NCBI GenBank assembly: GCA_000002445.1
Contig: CH464491.1
Span: 2,272,001-2,336,000, forward strand
From: Trypanosoma brucei
Lineage: Eukaryota
Direction of reading: 5' to 3'
Length of the DNA stretch: 64,000 nucleotides
The stretch's first letter is position 1. Every line of letters starts with the position of its first letter. The notes below the pieces were generated by a model that saw only the letters and a program-made list of their open reading frames with translations, was not told where the DNA came from and did no database searches. The translations under genes and the position numbers were made by a program. Of the stretch, positions 1 through 10,406 are shown piece after piece.

Positions 1-476
1 GGAGCAATAACTTCAAGCACTCCGTTACATCTTTTTTTTCTCTTTGGAAGAGGAAGGAGTAGTAGTAAGTTGTTCCCCCTCCAATATCTGGATAAACTGT
101 GTGTGTGTGTACATCGTTTCTCCACAGTTCCGTTTCTTATAACCCTCGGAGCGATGGGGTACTTTAAATTTTTTTCTGTTTCCCCCTTTTTTAATCACAC
201 TTTTCACTGCTAAATCTTCTCCTTTTTCTTTTTTCATAGTATCTGCAGAAATCGCTTGAATCTAACTGTTTAGACGTAAAATTTTGAGTGTCAACAAAAC
301 TATACTGCCATCTGGAGGGAGCACTGCAAAGAAGGGTGTTTGTAAGGAAAGCATTTTTCTCCACCTCCCTGATTGTGCCCACTGAGAGGAAAACAAAAGA
401 AAAAACAAAGAGGAGGGCTCCTGCCTCGTTGTTAGCGGTACGCCAGAACGGACACTCGGACTTACAGTTGTAACTT

Positions 477-2465
477 ATGTCGTCAAAGAAGAAGGGCTCG
501 AAGTTAAATGCGGCAGCCAATTCTACAACTGACATAAAGGGTCTGAACTTTTGTTCGGTTAAGGAGTACGGACAATTTAATAGCAACGAGTACAAAATAT
601 TCGTAGCTCCCAACCGACCTCTTCAAAGTCGTTTAGTCAACCTCAACTCCCTTCGCCCACACGGCGCTGTTGGCTCTGCGGAACTGAGATCCCGTTTCCA
701 CAGCCATCCCGTCCCCGAAAACGTAGTAAAAGATATTTTGACGTTGGTAAATGATGCGCAGAGTAGGGTGCACCGTTGCCCTGATTTCACTTTAGTAACT
801 AGCGTGCGAGAAGCGATGGAGTCGCTACATTCTACTGCTTATGAGCAATGGTGGATGGATCACATAGCCAAAGGGTGTTTGAGTACCAACGCATACCCCT
901 TTTCGTCTCTTCGCTTTGCGGCACCACATGAAAACTCGCAGGGTTGCTCAATGAATAGTAACTCTTCGGTACCTGATTCCTTGTCAGGGATTGCTGAAGC
1001 TATACAACGCATCCTCTTCGTATGCACACAATCCTCAAACAATGGTGACCAAGCAACTGAAAAGTTGTTGTTTCATTCCATTCGCAATGAAAAGGCATCA
1101 TTGAAAGAGTTGGTGTTGACAAGTTATAACAGCAACCACATTCTCGTTTGCTGTGGTCTGTACTTTTATCGACTGAATGTGCTTGATGAAAATGGTGTGG
1201 CTATTAATGTGGGTGACATCACGTCGTTGCTGCGTGCCGTGAAGGAGCATGCGGAAGCCACAGAAAAGGCACTCCGTGAGCAGTTGCTGCTCCCTGATGT
1301 CATGAATGACTTGGTTCAATTCCATCACATGTTAGGTTACATGAGCGAAATTGCCAATCCCGAGTGTGCGGCTCTGATGGATCGGTTGAGACGTGCAAAC
1401 TCTGTTAATGCAGCCGCTCTTGACATCATGGACTCCAGCATTTTTACTGTGGTGCTGCGAAACCCCTGTGAAGCTGGCTCCCCTCGTGCTAGATGGTACC
1501 GAACCGGCATGTTACTGGAGGAAGATGATGATGGAAGACTTCTTACTCTGCGGGCGCACACAATAATTACAGATCACACATCTCTTGTGGATTTCCTCAC
1601 GCAAGTGATAAATTGGAGGGATGAGCACGAACGACTTGGCAGGTCCAGTTGCTTATTGGGTAAAACAAAGGATGAATACTTTGTTTCCACTCCCAACGAG
1701 CCGGCTATGATTGAGCACTTGAACCTCTGGCTCCCATGGAAACATCGCAAACCCATGTGGCCATACCCACAAAAGAATGCCATGCCCAGCGTATTTCCTC
1801 TTGAGTTTACAACCCTGGGAGAGGGAGTAGTTACCTTTTCGTGCCTTTGCCTAGCCGCTGTGCTAGCAGTGCAGGAGGTGCTCACACCAAGCCACGGTTT
1901 CCCCACTGTTTTGGTTGCATTTCCCCACAAGCGAGGTGGCGTCTCTTCGGCGTTGCTTTATTCTAAAGTTGTGGAGGCTTTCATTCAATCTCTACGTAGT
2001 GAATCAGCTCTGGTTGAAGCGGTTACCGTGCGACACATGGCGCGTGCAGCGTTGCAAGCTCTGAATACTATAATAAATGCCTGTTTCAGTGAGCAATATC
2101 CCCTGTACACGATGGCGCAACTTCTTCTTTCTGAGGGAAAGGCGGAAGCAAAGGATGCCACTCATGATGGTGGTATGTTAGGTGCTGTGGATCTTGTACT
2201 ATCAATAGACCCTTTGAGTTGTGGCGGAGATATCCTCCACTCCGAGACTCAACTTGTAATGCCGACGCCATTTGCAATCCGCAGCGTGGGGAGGTGTACT
2301 CCCGGCGCAGCTCGGCAGCAAACGAATGTAAAACTGCCTTCCGCTCTTGAAGTGACCGATGCAGCACTTCTGCAGATGCCGGGAGCAGGGGAGTCATCCA
2401 CAGGCAGACGGCTCTCGGCGTGCATTTTAGAGAGAAGTCAGGTGTTGTTAACGCTGCTGAAATAG
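477..2465 (+). CDS. Conserved hypothetical protein, 662 aa; possibly a divergent choline/carnitine O-acyltransferase family member
   Basis: Uninterrupted 1,989-nt ORF starting at an ATG, on the same strand as all neighbours. The segment ARWYRTGMLLEEDDDGRLLTLRAHTIITDHTSLVDFLTQV is patterned like the carnitine acyltransferase catalytic region (RWFDK...AEDGS..LVYEHAAAEG..VTLLDYV): RW[FY], an acidic run with DG, a hydrophobic stretch, then the catalytic His followed by a hydrophobic LxDF/Y motif. The size (~660 aa) fits the family. The N-terminal LPxLPxP signature is not recognisable, so the assignment is tentative. Confidence 0.5.
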   Translation: MSSKKKGSKLNAAANSTTDIKGLNFCSVKEYGQFNSNEYKIFVAPNRPLQSRLVNLNSLRPHGAVGSAELRSRFHSHPVPENVVKDILTLVNDAQSRVHRCPDFTLVTSVREAMESLHSTAYEQWWMDHIAKGCLSTNAYPFSSLRFAAPHENSQGCSMNSNSSVPDSLSGIAEAIQRILFVCTQSSNNGDQATEKLLFHSIRNEKASLKELVLTSYNSNHILVCCGLYFYRLNVLDENGVAINVGDITSLLRAVKEHAEATEKALREQLLLPDVMNDLVQFHHMLGYMSEIANPECAALMDRLRRANSVNAAALDIMDSSIFTVVLRNPCEAGSPRARWYRTGMLLEEDDDGRLLTLRAHTIITDHTSLVDFLTQVINWRDEHERLGRSSCLLGKTKDEYFVSTPNEPAMIEHLNLWLPWKHRKPMWPYPQKNAMPSVFPLEFTTLGEGVVTFSCLCLAAVLAVQEVLTPSHGFPTVLVAFPHKRGGVSSALLYSKVVEAFIQSLRSESALVEAVTVRHMARAALQALNTIINACFSEQYPLYTMAQLLLSEGKAEAKDATHDGGMLGAVDLVLSIDPLSCGGDILHSETQLVMPTPFAIRSVGRCTPGAARQQTNVKLPSALEVTDAALLQMPGAGESSTGRRLSACILERSQVLLTLLK

Positions 2466-3427
2466 TAACAATTTTGTGTCTTTCTTGTCTGGGTTTTGCG
2501 TGTAATGTGTGTGTTGGGGGATAGATAAAATGTGCAAGTGTGGTAGTGAGGGGTAATTCTTTCTCCAGTCCCTCACACTTTAACCATCACGGCCAGCTAC
2601 TCTCTGTGGAACGTTTGGTTTCACCTGTACGTAGAGTTGTATTTTTATGTATAATAATATATTGTTGATGTACACAAGGTGATGGCCGTATTGAAGAATA
2701 ATGGAGACCCTTTCTAACATTTCCTTTCACACTTTCCCAGTATTTGGCATTTGTTTTGGTGGATAAAAAGAGCCCACCTCCATGCGGAAATTGTGCTCGT
2801 GATGTGTGTGCATATATATATATATATATATATGCTCTCTACCGTCCACACTATTTTGTGTGTCATGTGATGTGTCTGTATGTGTGATTGTGATCGTAGT
2901 GAGTGGAGAATAGATTATGATGAAACAGATACGGCATGAGCGCTTCTCTTTTCCGCACCGTTTCCCTCCTATACATTTACTGTTATTTCATTCATTTTCA
3001 CACTTAGTGGGAGTACGCGTTCTCACTTTTTATTTTTTTGTTCACTGTGCTTGGCGTCAACATTGCCTCTGCGTCTTTGAACCTCGGTCTACGTCCTCTT
3101 CTGTCATTTCTCATACATTCTTTGATTTTTTTTTGTTGGTGTGTGTACTCTTACACTTCCTTATTGACTTGTCGGTTCATATATGAACGTACACGCACAT
3201 ATATATATGTATATATATTCATTTACTTAGCAGTGATCTGTCATTGGTGAAGTTCAATAGCTTTCCCATTAGTACGTGGAGGGATCCGGAAGAAGGGAGG
3301 GAACCCGAACGTATTTATTACCATTACATCAACCAACTAACAAGGTAGTGCAGCGTCTGAAGCTTCCATTCTTTATTATTATTGTTATTTGCTCGAAGGT
3401 TGTGATACGGTAAACTTTTTTCCTCAT

Positions 3428-4594
3428 ATGTCGACGCTAGCTTCTGCTTTGCCACTTCTGGCAACAAAAAACGTTCTTTGCGGCGTGACTGGCAGCACCA
3501 TACAATTCTTTTGTGATCTGACTAGAGATTACGGCCCCACTTCGACAAAAAAGAGTGTGATTATTGCATCATCGTGCGGCAATAGACCAATAGGCACTAC
3601 AGGAGCCCACATTGTTCTCAACGTATTCTTTGCAAAGGAAACGAAACCACAATTAGATGAAGATACTTTGGCTCCACTGCGAACGAGGGAAGTTTTTGGA
3701 CTGTATTGCTACCGGAGTGTGGTTGGGGAGAAAATACTTTGCATTGAGGTTGATTTCAACGATGTGGGTACCAAAAAGGTTGGTAAGGGCCGAGGCACTG
3801 TGCTTGCCACTAGCAGAGGATGCAGACCATTGGGAAACACAGGGATTTATTGTAGCTTCAACTGCTTACGGTCCCTTGGAGCACCATCAAACCTTTCGGA
3901 ATTATCTTCCGTCTTTCAGCCCTCCACCCATCCTGTTGGCGAGAAGGTTGATTTAGGGAATGGTTTCATAATGAACGTGGAGAGCTCAACACAGATAACC
4001 ATCGTATACGAGTGCGGTCGCGACGAGATGTGTGACACGGTGCGGCTCAGGCCGTATTTACTCAATGGAGTAATTAACCTCAACATGTGTATTCGGTGCG
4101 GGGTGAAACGAAACGCAGCATATGAGAATGAGAGCAGTAAAAAAAGAACTCTCCTTTTGAGTAATTCCTCCGTCTTTGCCAAACCATCTCTAACTGCACG
4201 AAATGCCAAGGCACGATATACTGTGACACCAGGGGTAAATACTGAGCGAATCCGTCTCGAGGTGCGGTTTGATCCGACATATATTCATTACAATGGAGGT
4301 TGGAATGAACCAATCATTGTGTCCAATACGGGCGGTTGGGTCACTCTGGAAGATGGCGTTATGTTTACTTTTTGTGCGCATAGGTCGCCAGTATCACTTG
4401 CATCCGATACCGTAGTAGATGCTGTTAGGGAGGTGCTTGGAGGGTTTTCACCGGAAGAGCTGGCGTACCTACGCTTTAAAGAGGTTTATCGGAAGGTTTT
4501 TGAAAAAGTTGGGACTGCCAATGCGGAGGAAGATGATATGAAGGAGGAAGTGAGGTTGGCGATAATTAGTCATTTTCATAGGAGGGCGTTTTGA
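3428..4594 (+). CDS. Hypothetical protein (389 aa from first ATG; ORF-track start 3389 is a TTG)
   Basis: Long ORF on the common coding strand with non-repetitive amino-acid composition, flanked by pyrimidine-rich intergenic sequence. No domain recognised by eye. Confidence 0.5.
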   Translation: MSTLASALPLLATKNVLCGVTGSTIQFFCDLTRDYGPTSTKKSVIIASSCGNRPIGTTGAHIVLNVFFAKETKPQLDEDTLAPLRTREVFGLYCYRSVVGEKILCIEVDFNDVGTKKVGKGRGTVLATSRGCRPLGNTGIYCSFNCLRSLGAPSNLSELSSVFQPSTHPVGEKVDLGNGFIMNVESSTQITIVYECGRDEMCDTVRLRPYLLNGVINLNMCIRCGVKRNAAYENESSKKRTLLLSNSSVFAKPSLTARNAKARYTVTPGVNTERIRLEVRFDPTYIHYNGGWNEPIIVSNTGGWVTLEDGVMFTFCAHRSPVSLASDTVVDAVREVLGGFSPEELAYLRFKEVYRKVFEKVGTANAEEDDMKEEVRLAIISHFHRRAF

Positions 4595-6321
4595 CTTCCC
4601 TTTGCATTCCAGCGACGGTAACTGTCGGCATGCATACAAACGCAAACGCAAACGTGCTCACACAAATGAGTCTCCGTATATGTGTACGTTAATGCTTGTG
4701 TTGAAATGGGGAGAGCAAAAGCAAAAGGGAAAAGAAGAGAAGGTGTGGGTTTTCTCAGAGGGAAATTAGGTTAAAATTTTTTTTTAAAAAGGGAGAGGAA
4801 AAGGGGGAGAGGGAGGTGTAATAAAAGGTAATGCGAGTCTAGCAAGTATCATATATTCGAACGTTGGCGTCCGTAAGCTCATTGGTTAACCCACAGGACC
4901 GGGGCGGCGTACCTCATTGTTCCATAATTCTGTTGGGCTGCCTTTCTTCTTTTTCATTTGTATGCGTTTTCGATTTTCTTCTCTGTTTATTCTTTTAAAA
5001 GTTTCGTTAGTTTATTCCTCCATTATTTTTCTAGTTCAAATGGTGCTCTTTGTAACGTTGTTTGTGTCTCAGTCCTTCAGATATATATATATATATATAT
5101 TATGTACTTGATCCCCTTCCACCACAACATGCTCGTGTATTCGGCGGGAGAAATAAGTTAGAGTAAAAGAGGAGAACCAGAGGAAACGGTCGGCGACAAC
5201 ACTGTTTTTTTTTGTTGCTTGCTTTGAGTAAAAATGATAATAATAATATAATAATAATAAGTAAAAAAAATGAAGGGAGAAGGGAGGGAAACCGTAAATG
5301 CGTTTATACATTTAAGTTTGTCCTTCACTGCAGCAAGCATCCAATGGTCACTGTTCCTGCTCTTTGCTTAAACATTTATTTATTTATTTCTCCATTACTA
5401 TCGTTGTGGGAAGGGAAAGAAAAAGGTGGAAAATGATATTAAAGGTAGACAGTGAGTGAAACTGGGAACTTCTACGACTTTGAGTGAAAACTTAGCGTAA
5501 TGCCCCACTGAACTGATACCGTTTATTATGTCCACCTAGTGGAGAAGAGAATGAAAGGCATTAATTACTGCTGCAACTGGGGTAAGTTTTGCTCTTTTTT
5601 GAATGATGTATGGGATGAATTAGTGGGTTGATGAGCATTGCTTTCGTTAAATTAAAAAAAAAAATGCTGCAATTCCTTTAAGATCCCACCCACCAAATGA
5701 ATTAGTTGTTAGCATGACTTGACGAGTGCGTGCGATCAAAATAACGATACGATATTCCAGCATGCGTATTTGTACAATTGATCAGTGGTTTGCCACCGCC
5801 AGTTACTTTTTTCCCCCTCTGCGCGTGTGGCCGGTGGGGAAAGGCATGAGATTTCTGCGGTGATGCAGTTGGATAATGCGGCGTGCCAAACTTTTTCTAT
5901 CAAATTTATATTTAAGTATTGCGTACATCTTTACCAAAAGTGGCTCAGGTACCCGAGAGGCATACGCGTATTTGTAATCTAAAATGACTTGTTTATCCTT
6001 TTATTTTTTTTTTTTGGTGCTTCACGCATTTTATCAGGGGTGCACTGTAATCACTGGCATTTTACTTTTTTTTTAAAAAAAAAACATAAACAGATGGGAC
6101 AAACATTGCCTTCTTGCTCCCATAAGTTTTAGTTTGTGACTAAGTTGGGCGTGGAAAAAAAAAAACAACTGAGGATTTACGATAGAATCGGATAGAAATA
6201 CAACAGGAGGAGGGAAATAGAGGGAAGGGGATAACATTACATAACAGGTACAGATATCAAAAGTAAATAAGGCATAACAAATAGGCGAGTGTGACGGAAA
6301 CACATTTGAGGTATTGATAAA

Positions 6322-7626
6322 ATGATGATGCGAGTGGTAGGTAAGGGGAAAAAAACAAAAGAGGTGAAAAAGAGCCGTGAGGCGTCTTCGGAGAAAAAAA
6401 TCCCGTCTCCTTTGGAAGTGGAGGGAGCTCAAGACGTGCCAAACGCCAACAATGTCCGTTACATCCTTCACAACCAATGGTCATTGACGTTGCTTGTGGA
6501 TATCTATGAGACGGAACGGCTTACGCAAATAGCTGTTGCCAATGGCGCAGCAATAGGGGACCTTCCTGTTCAGTTAAATCTGTCCGTATGGGCCCTCAAG
6601 AAAATGGGTGTGGGGAAATCCAGTCAGTCCCTTAGTGGATTATCAACGGAGTTGGTTGATGCCGGAAAAAATGTAAAGTGGATGTTGGGCGGGAGACTGC
6701 TGAAAATGGTTATTGATTTATCCGAGGGGCCCGAGTGCAGTGCATCAGCGGAACCGGGAAGATACACTTCACTTGCATCGATGAAACAGAGTTCGAAGTT
6801 GGGTGAGTCAAACTACAGAGTGACCGTAGACCTGTTGTGTGAAGGTGGTAATAAGTGGCCCGTATTTGGCACACCCGAGTCAACATGCAACACATCAGGG
6901 GACTCATCGCCAACAAGTATAGTCCCCCGTGCGTTAAAATTTAGCCTGTCTCCCGTCACCACGAGAGAAGCTAGTGCTTCATTAGACCAATCTGTCCTCA
7001 TGCAGCTGAATGAGTTTACCACGTTGGATACCAGTAGGTTTCCTGTTGTGAAATTATGCCTCAGCATGGAAGGGGAGAAGGGCCGAATTGTACATTTTGC
7101 GGAGCGCATATTTTCAGGGATAGGCGTAAGTGTGGACGTGCGGTGCTTGAGTGATGAGGAATTATCTCCTGAGGCCCGCAGAGAGCCAGGGACTGGAGTG
7201 AACATAACTGCTTTTGAAGAGCACGACAGTGAGGGGAGAGAATACCTTTTTATCGAGTTAGACTCTAGCAAGGATTACGGTGCAGTGGGCGACGACGAAC
7301 GGATAATTAGTAATGCAAATCACGTGCGCGTCGGGTCTCGTTACCTGCTGAACTTCACAGCTACGCGCCCAGCACCGCGACTGCCGGATTTTGCAGAGGT
7401 GTATAGAAGTGTTCGCGACCACCTTCACCAGTTGCCCAATGCATTGAACAACCTCAACATGCCGAGCGTGCGGGCTGCTGTAGTGAAAGATTTGGTCCAA
7501 CATGTGGCTTCGCGGGAGTTGAAAAACATGATTTGGGAGGCTGTTCGTTTGTATATTATTAGGGACTACCTGGAAGCTGATCAACGGAGTATCTCAACAT
7601 CTCCTATAGTGATTCGAACCCTTTGA
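6322..7626 (+). CDS. Hypothetical protein, 434 aa, lysine-rich N-terminus
   Basis: ATG-initiated 1,305-nt ORF on the + strand with complex composition. Preceded by a polypyrimidine tract and AG dinucleotides typical of kinetoplastid trans-splice acceptor regions. No recognisable domain. Confidence 0.55.
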   Translation: MMMRVVGKGKKTKEVKKSREASSEKKIPSPLEVEGAQDVPNANNVRYILHNQWSLTLLVDIYETERLTQIAVANGAAIGDLPVQLNLSVWALKKMGVGKSSQSLSGLSTELVDAGKNVKWMLGGRLLKMVIDLSEGPECSASAEPGRYTSLASMKQSSKLGESNYRVTVDLLCEGGNKWPVFGTPESTCNTSGDSSPTSIVPRALKFSLSPVTTREASASLDQSVLMQLNEFTTLDTSRFPVVKLCLSMEGEKGRIVHFAERIFSGIGVSVDVRCLSDEELSPEARREPGTGVNITAFEEHDSEGREYLFIELDSSKDYGAVGDDERIISNANHVRVGSRYLLNFTATRPAPRLPDFAEVYRSVRDHLHQLPNALNNLNMPSVRAAVVKDLVQHVASRELKNMIWEAVRLYIIRDYLEADQRSISTSPIVIRTL

Positions 7627-8690
7627 GTAACGTTTCTCTTCACCACAAGCACTTATGTTGTCGTTTTTATTTGTGGTTGTACGTGTTTGTTAGAAGAAAT
7701 TATATCTGTGCGAGGGATTTAGTTATTGCTCGCAGCCGAGCGTTTGTACGTTTTGACGTGCGTCGCAGCGGTGCTCAGAGGTGGGGTCCCTCCTACACTT
7801 TCCTCTAAAAAGGAAAATTATCCACTGAAACTTTGACTTGTATATTAGCTGCGAATATCCACGTGGCTATTCTCGGAAGGAGGAGAGTGGGGGAGCAAAT
7901 GCACCGTATCATTTTCCGTCCCATTTTTTTTTTTCAATCTTCTTCACCTTCCCTTTTGTTTGTTGTGATGCTGCTGCAGGGATGTCTGTGTGACACTGAT
8001 GTGTTGTGCTTCTTCAAACAGACTTTAAGAAAATGAGCAAGCAGATAAATTTACATTCATTTATGCACCCGTGGTTACACTTGTACATTTATTTATTTCC
8101 AAAAAATATAAATACATGAATCGCATACAAGTGTGTTTGTATGCACCTGCAGGCTTTGGGAGGAAGAAGGGAGGAGGGGAAAGTTGGCAGCGACTGTTGC
8201 TGCTGTTGGCTCTGCCTTTCTATTTTTTCAAAGTTCCTTCGGTTTGGCGGTGGAACTCCGCCGTTCTCCATTGTTTTTCCCTTTACTTTCCAATTGTTTT
8301 CGAATCATAGTCCTCGTTTCTTTCTTCCCGCTCCTCCCACCTGTGACGTTTCTTTTTGAGAGCCGTGACAAGGCCGAATCTACCGGGAAAACTTCTTCTT
8401 TTCTTTGTTTCTTTCTTTTGCGACTTCAGCACCTGCGACACCCCCAAATATATATATATATATACACAATTGGAGTAAATTAAAACTATTTTTAACACCC
8501 TCAGGAAAAAAGAAGAAACGGGATCAGCAAACGGAGGATCAACTTTACGCTGTGTTTCTGAGATCGGAGGTCAGTTACAAGACCAAAAAAGTAAGAGGGG
8601 AAGGAAAAGTACATTTCGCACGCACACATCATCTTATATATTTATATTCATTTATATATAAAGCACTGAAGGATACTGTTGAGAACGTAT

Positions 8691-9995
8691 ATGCGTGTAG
8701 GAGGATATATGGGTACTTCCGAAGAGGATGGAAATACGGAGCTTTCCGTGAACGGCTCTTTGGATGGTGAAAAATCCATGGGCTTTCGCTGCCTAAAATG
8801 CGTCGGTGAAATTAGTACGTGGACGAAACTGACGAAACACCTGGACACGAGCTGGCACTACTCTGCTGCATGCGTTGAGTGCGGGAAGAAACACAGTTAC
8901 TTTGGTTCGTCACAGCCACACCGACACGAGATGAGCACCAAACATCGCGGATTCCTTGGCATATTCCATGAAAGAAACGACTACAAGATCGACCATCCGA
9001 TGGTACTTACGCGGGATCAGTATCGCTGCCATTGTGGCACATCATTCTTGTGTGTCCTGCATCTTGCCATTCATCTTCGCGACGAGCATCATAACCAATA
9101 CATCCCAAAGACGGTGAAATGTCTCACTTGCCAGGAGGAAGGCATGCTGGATGAGATGGCGGAACACTGGACGACAAAAAAAAGTGAAAACCGGAAAGGG
9201 CGGGGCTTACGATCGAAAAGGGGAACAGGTCCATGCGATGAAGGAGGGGTGCCGAAGGATTGTGAATTCGAAGTTGAAGGTTTCGGAGTGGATCAATTCC
9301 TCGTCCCATTCCCCAAGCGCCCACCTCGCAGCCCAAACGGGAGTCAATATGTCATTTTGTATCAGTGCCCGACTTGTCGACTTTTGTTTGATGAGTGGGC
9401 GGACATCCGGCAACATATTGAGGAATCAAACCACGTCCACGGACTTCCACCGGCACTTCTCCGTCGCCGAATAGAAAGAAGGGTTGGTTTAATAGAGCAG
9501 GGCTCGACCGGATATGGGCAGGTGGACTATCGGACAGCGGGAAATCGCTCGGCGGTTCGATACCTTAAAGAATTACTTGAAGTGTTTGCTGATATCAATA
9601 ACCCTGCCGTGAGGGAGCTTTTGTACAGATATGCCCCCACCAACAAAAATGTCGATCCGGATGATGAAGAAGTATTTGGTTACCAATGCCCCCTCGAGGA
9701 GTGCTCACAAGCCTTTCTAACCTATGGCGAGTTTCGAAGTCACATGAAAAGTACAAAACACCAAACGGAATGTAATATCGACCCGGTAACGGGAAAGCCG
9801 TGGCTCCCTTCGTGGGAGTCAAATCCGTACGCCTTTGAGGTGACCTTCACCATGAGACAATTGGTTGAAGTGTTTGGCTACCGCAAATGCGGGGAGTGCA
9901 ACCGCCCTTACAGGCCAGGAGAGGAACATTATCACTACCAAATGCACCACTTCACCGAAAAAATTGATTTCCGAATCCTGGAATCCACTCTGTAA
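8691..9995 (+). CDS. C2H2 zinc-finger protein with about four widely spaced U1/matrin-like fingers (first ATG; ORF-track start 8679 is a TTG)
   Basis: Zinc-finger motifs read directly from the translation: CLKC..x12..H-x5-H (HLDTSWH); CHC..HLAIHLRDEHH; C-x2-C (CLTC)..H; YQCPTC-x12-H-x5-H (HIEESNH); YQCPLEEC-x12-H-x6-H. The H-x5/6-H spacing is characteristic of dsRNA/RNA-binding C2H2 fingers. Confidence 0.7.
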   Translation: MRVGGYMGTSEEDGNTELSVNGSLDGEKSMGFRCLKCVGEISTWTKLTKHLDTSWHYSAACVECGKKHSYFGSSQPHRHEMSTKHRGFLGIFHERNDYKIDHPMVLTRDQYRCHCGTSFLCVLHLAIHLRDEHHNQYIPKTVKCLTCQEEGMLDEMAEHWTTKKSENRKGRGLRSKRGTGPCDEGGVPKDCEFEVEGFGVDQFLVPFPKRPPRSPNGSQYVILYQCPTCRLLFDEWADIRQHIEESNHVHGLPPALLRRRIERRVGLIEQGSTGYGQVDYRTAGNRSAVRYLKELLEVFADINNPAVRELLYRYAPTNKNVDPDDEEVFGYQCPLEECSQAFLTYGEFRSHMKSTKHQTECNIDPVTGKPWLPSWESNPYAFEVTFTMRQLVEVFGYRKCGECNRPYRPGEEHYHYQMHHFTEKIDFRILESTL

Positions 9996-10372
9996 AGAAA
10001 CATTTCTTTATGCCACGAAGAGTTTAACATGTACTGGAAAGAGGAGAAGAACGAAGATGAACGAGACGTTGAAATTTACGAGGATTATCATAATCAATAA
10101 TATTTTGCGCCTTTCTTTTTAAGGAAGAAAAGAAAAAGAAGGCAGAGTCCGTCGCATTAAGTATCTGACGTGGATAGATTGTACGAGCACACATAAAGGA
10201 GATGAGACTACGCCGATTTAACTTTTTTTAATCTTCAACGACCCCGGGAAGGTAAGTGAAACAGATAGTTTTTCACCCCTTTTTTCTTTTTTTTTCTTCT
10301 TGTTGCTTTGTTTTGTCTAGAGAGGAATGATATAAAAGGAAGGATAGAGGGGAACAGGAGAGCGTGTATTTG

Positions 10373-10406
10373 TATGTGTGTGTATGTGTGTGTGTGTGTG
10401 TGTGTT
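10373..10406. repeat. (GT)n microsatellite
   Basis: The sequence reads gtatgtgtgtgtatgtgtgtgtgtgtgtgtgtgtgt and lies in the intergenic region. Confidence 0.9.

Noticed and set aside
7596-7626. GGTTCGAATC (tRNA T-loop-like) on the minus strand, read as gattcgaaccc on the + strand
   Set aside because: No complementary T-stem or acceptor stem can be formed from the flanking sequence, and it lies within the last codons of the 6322-7626 CDS.
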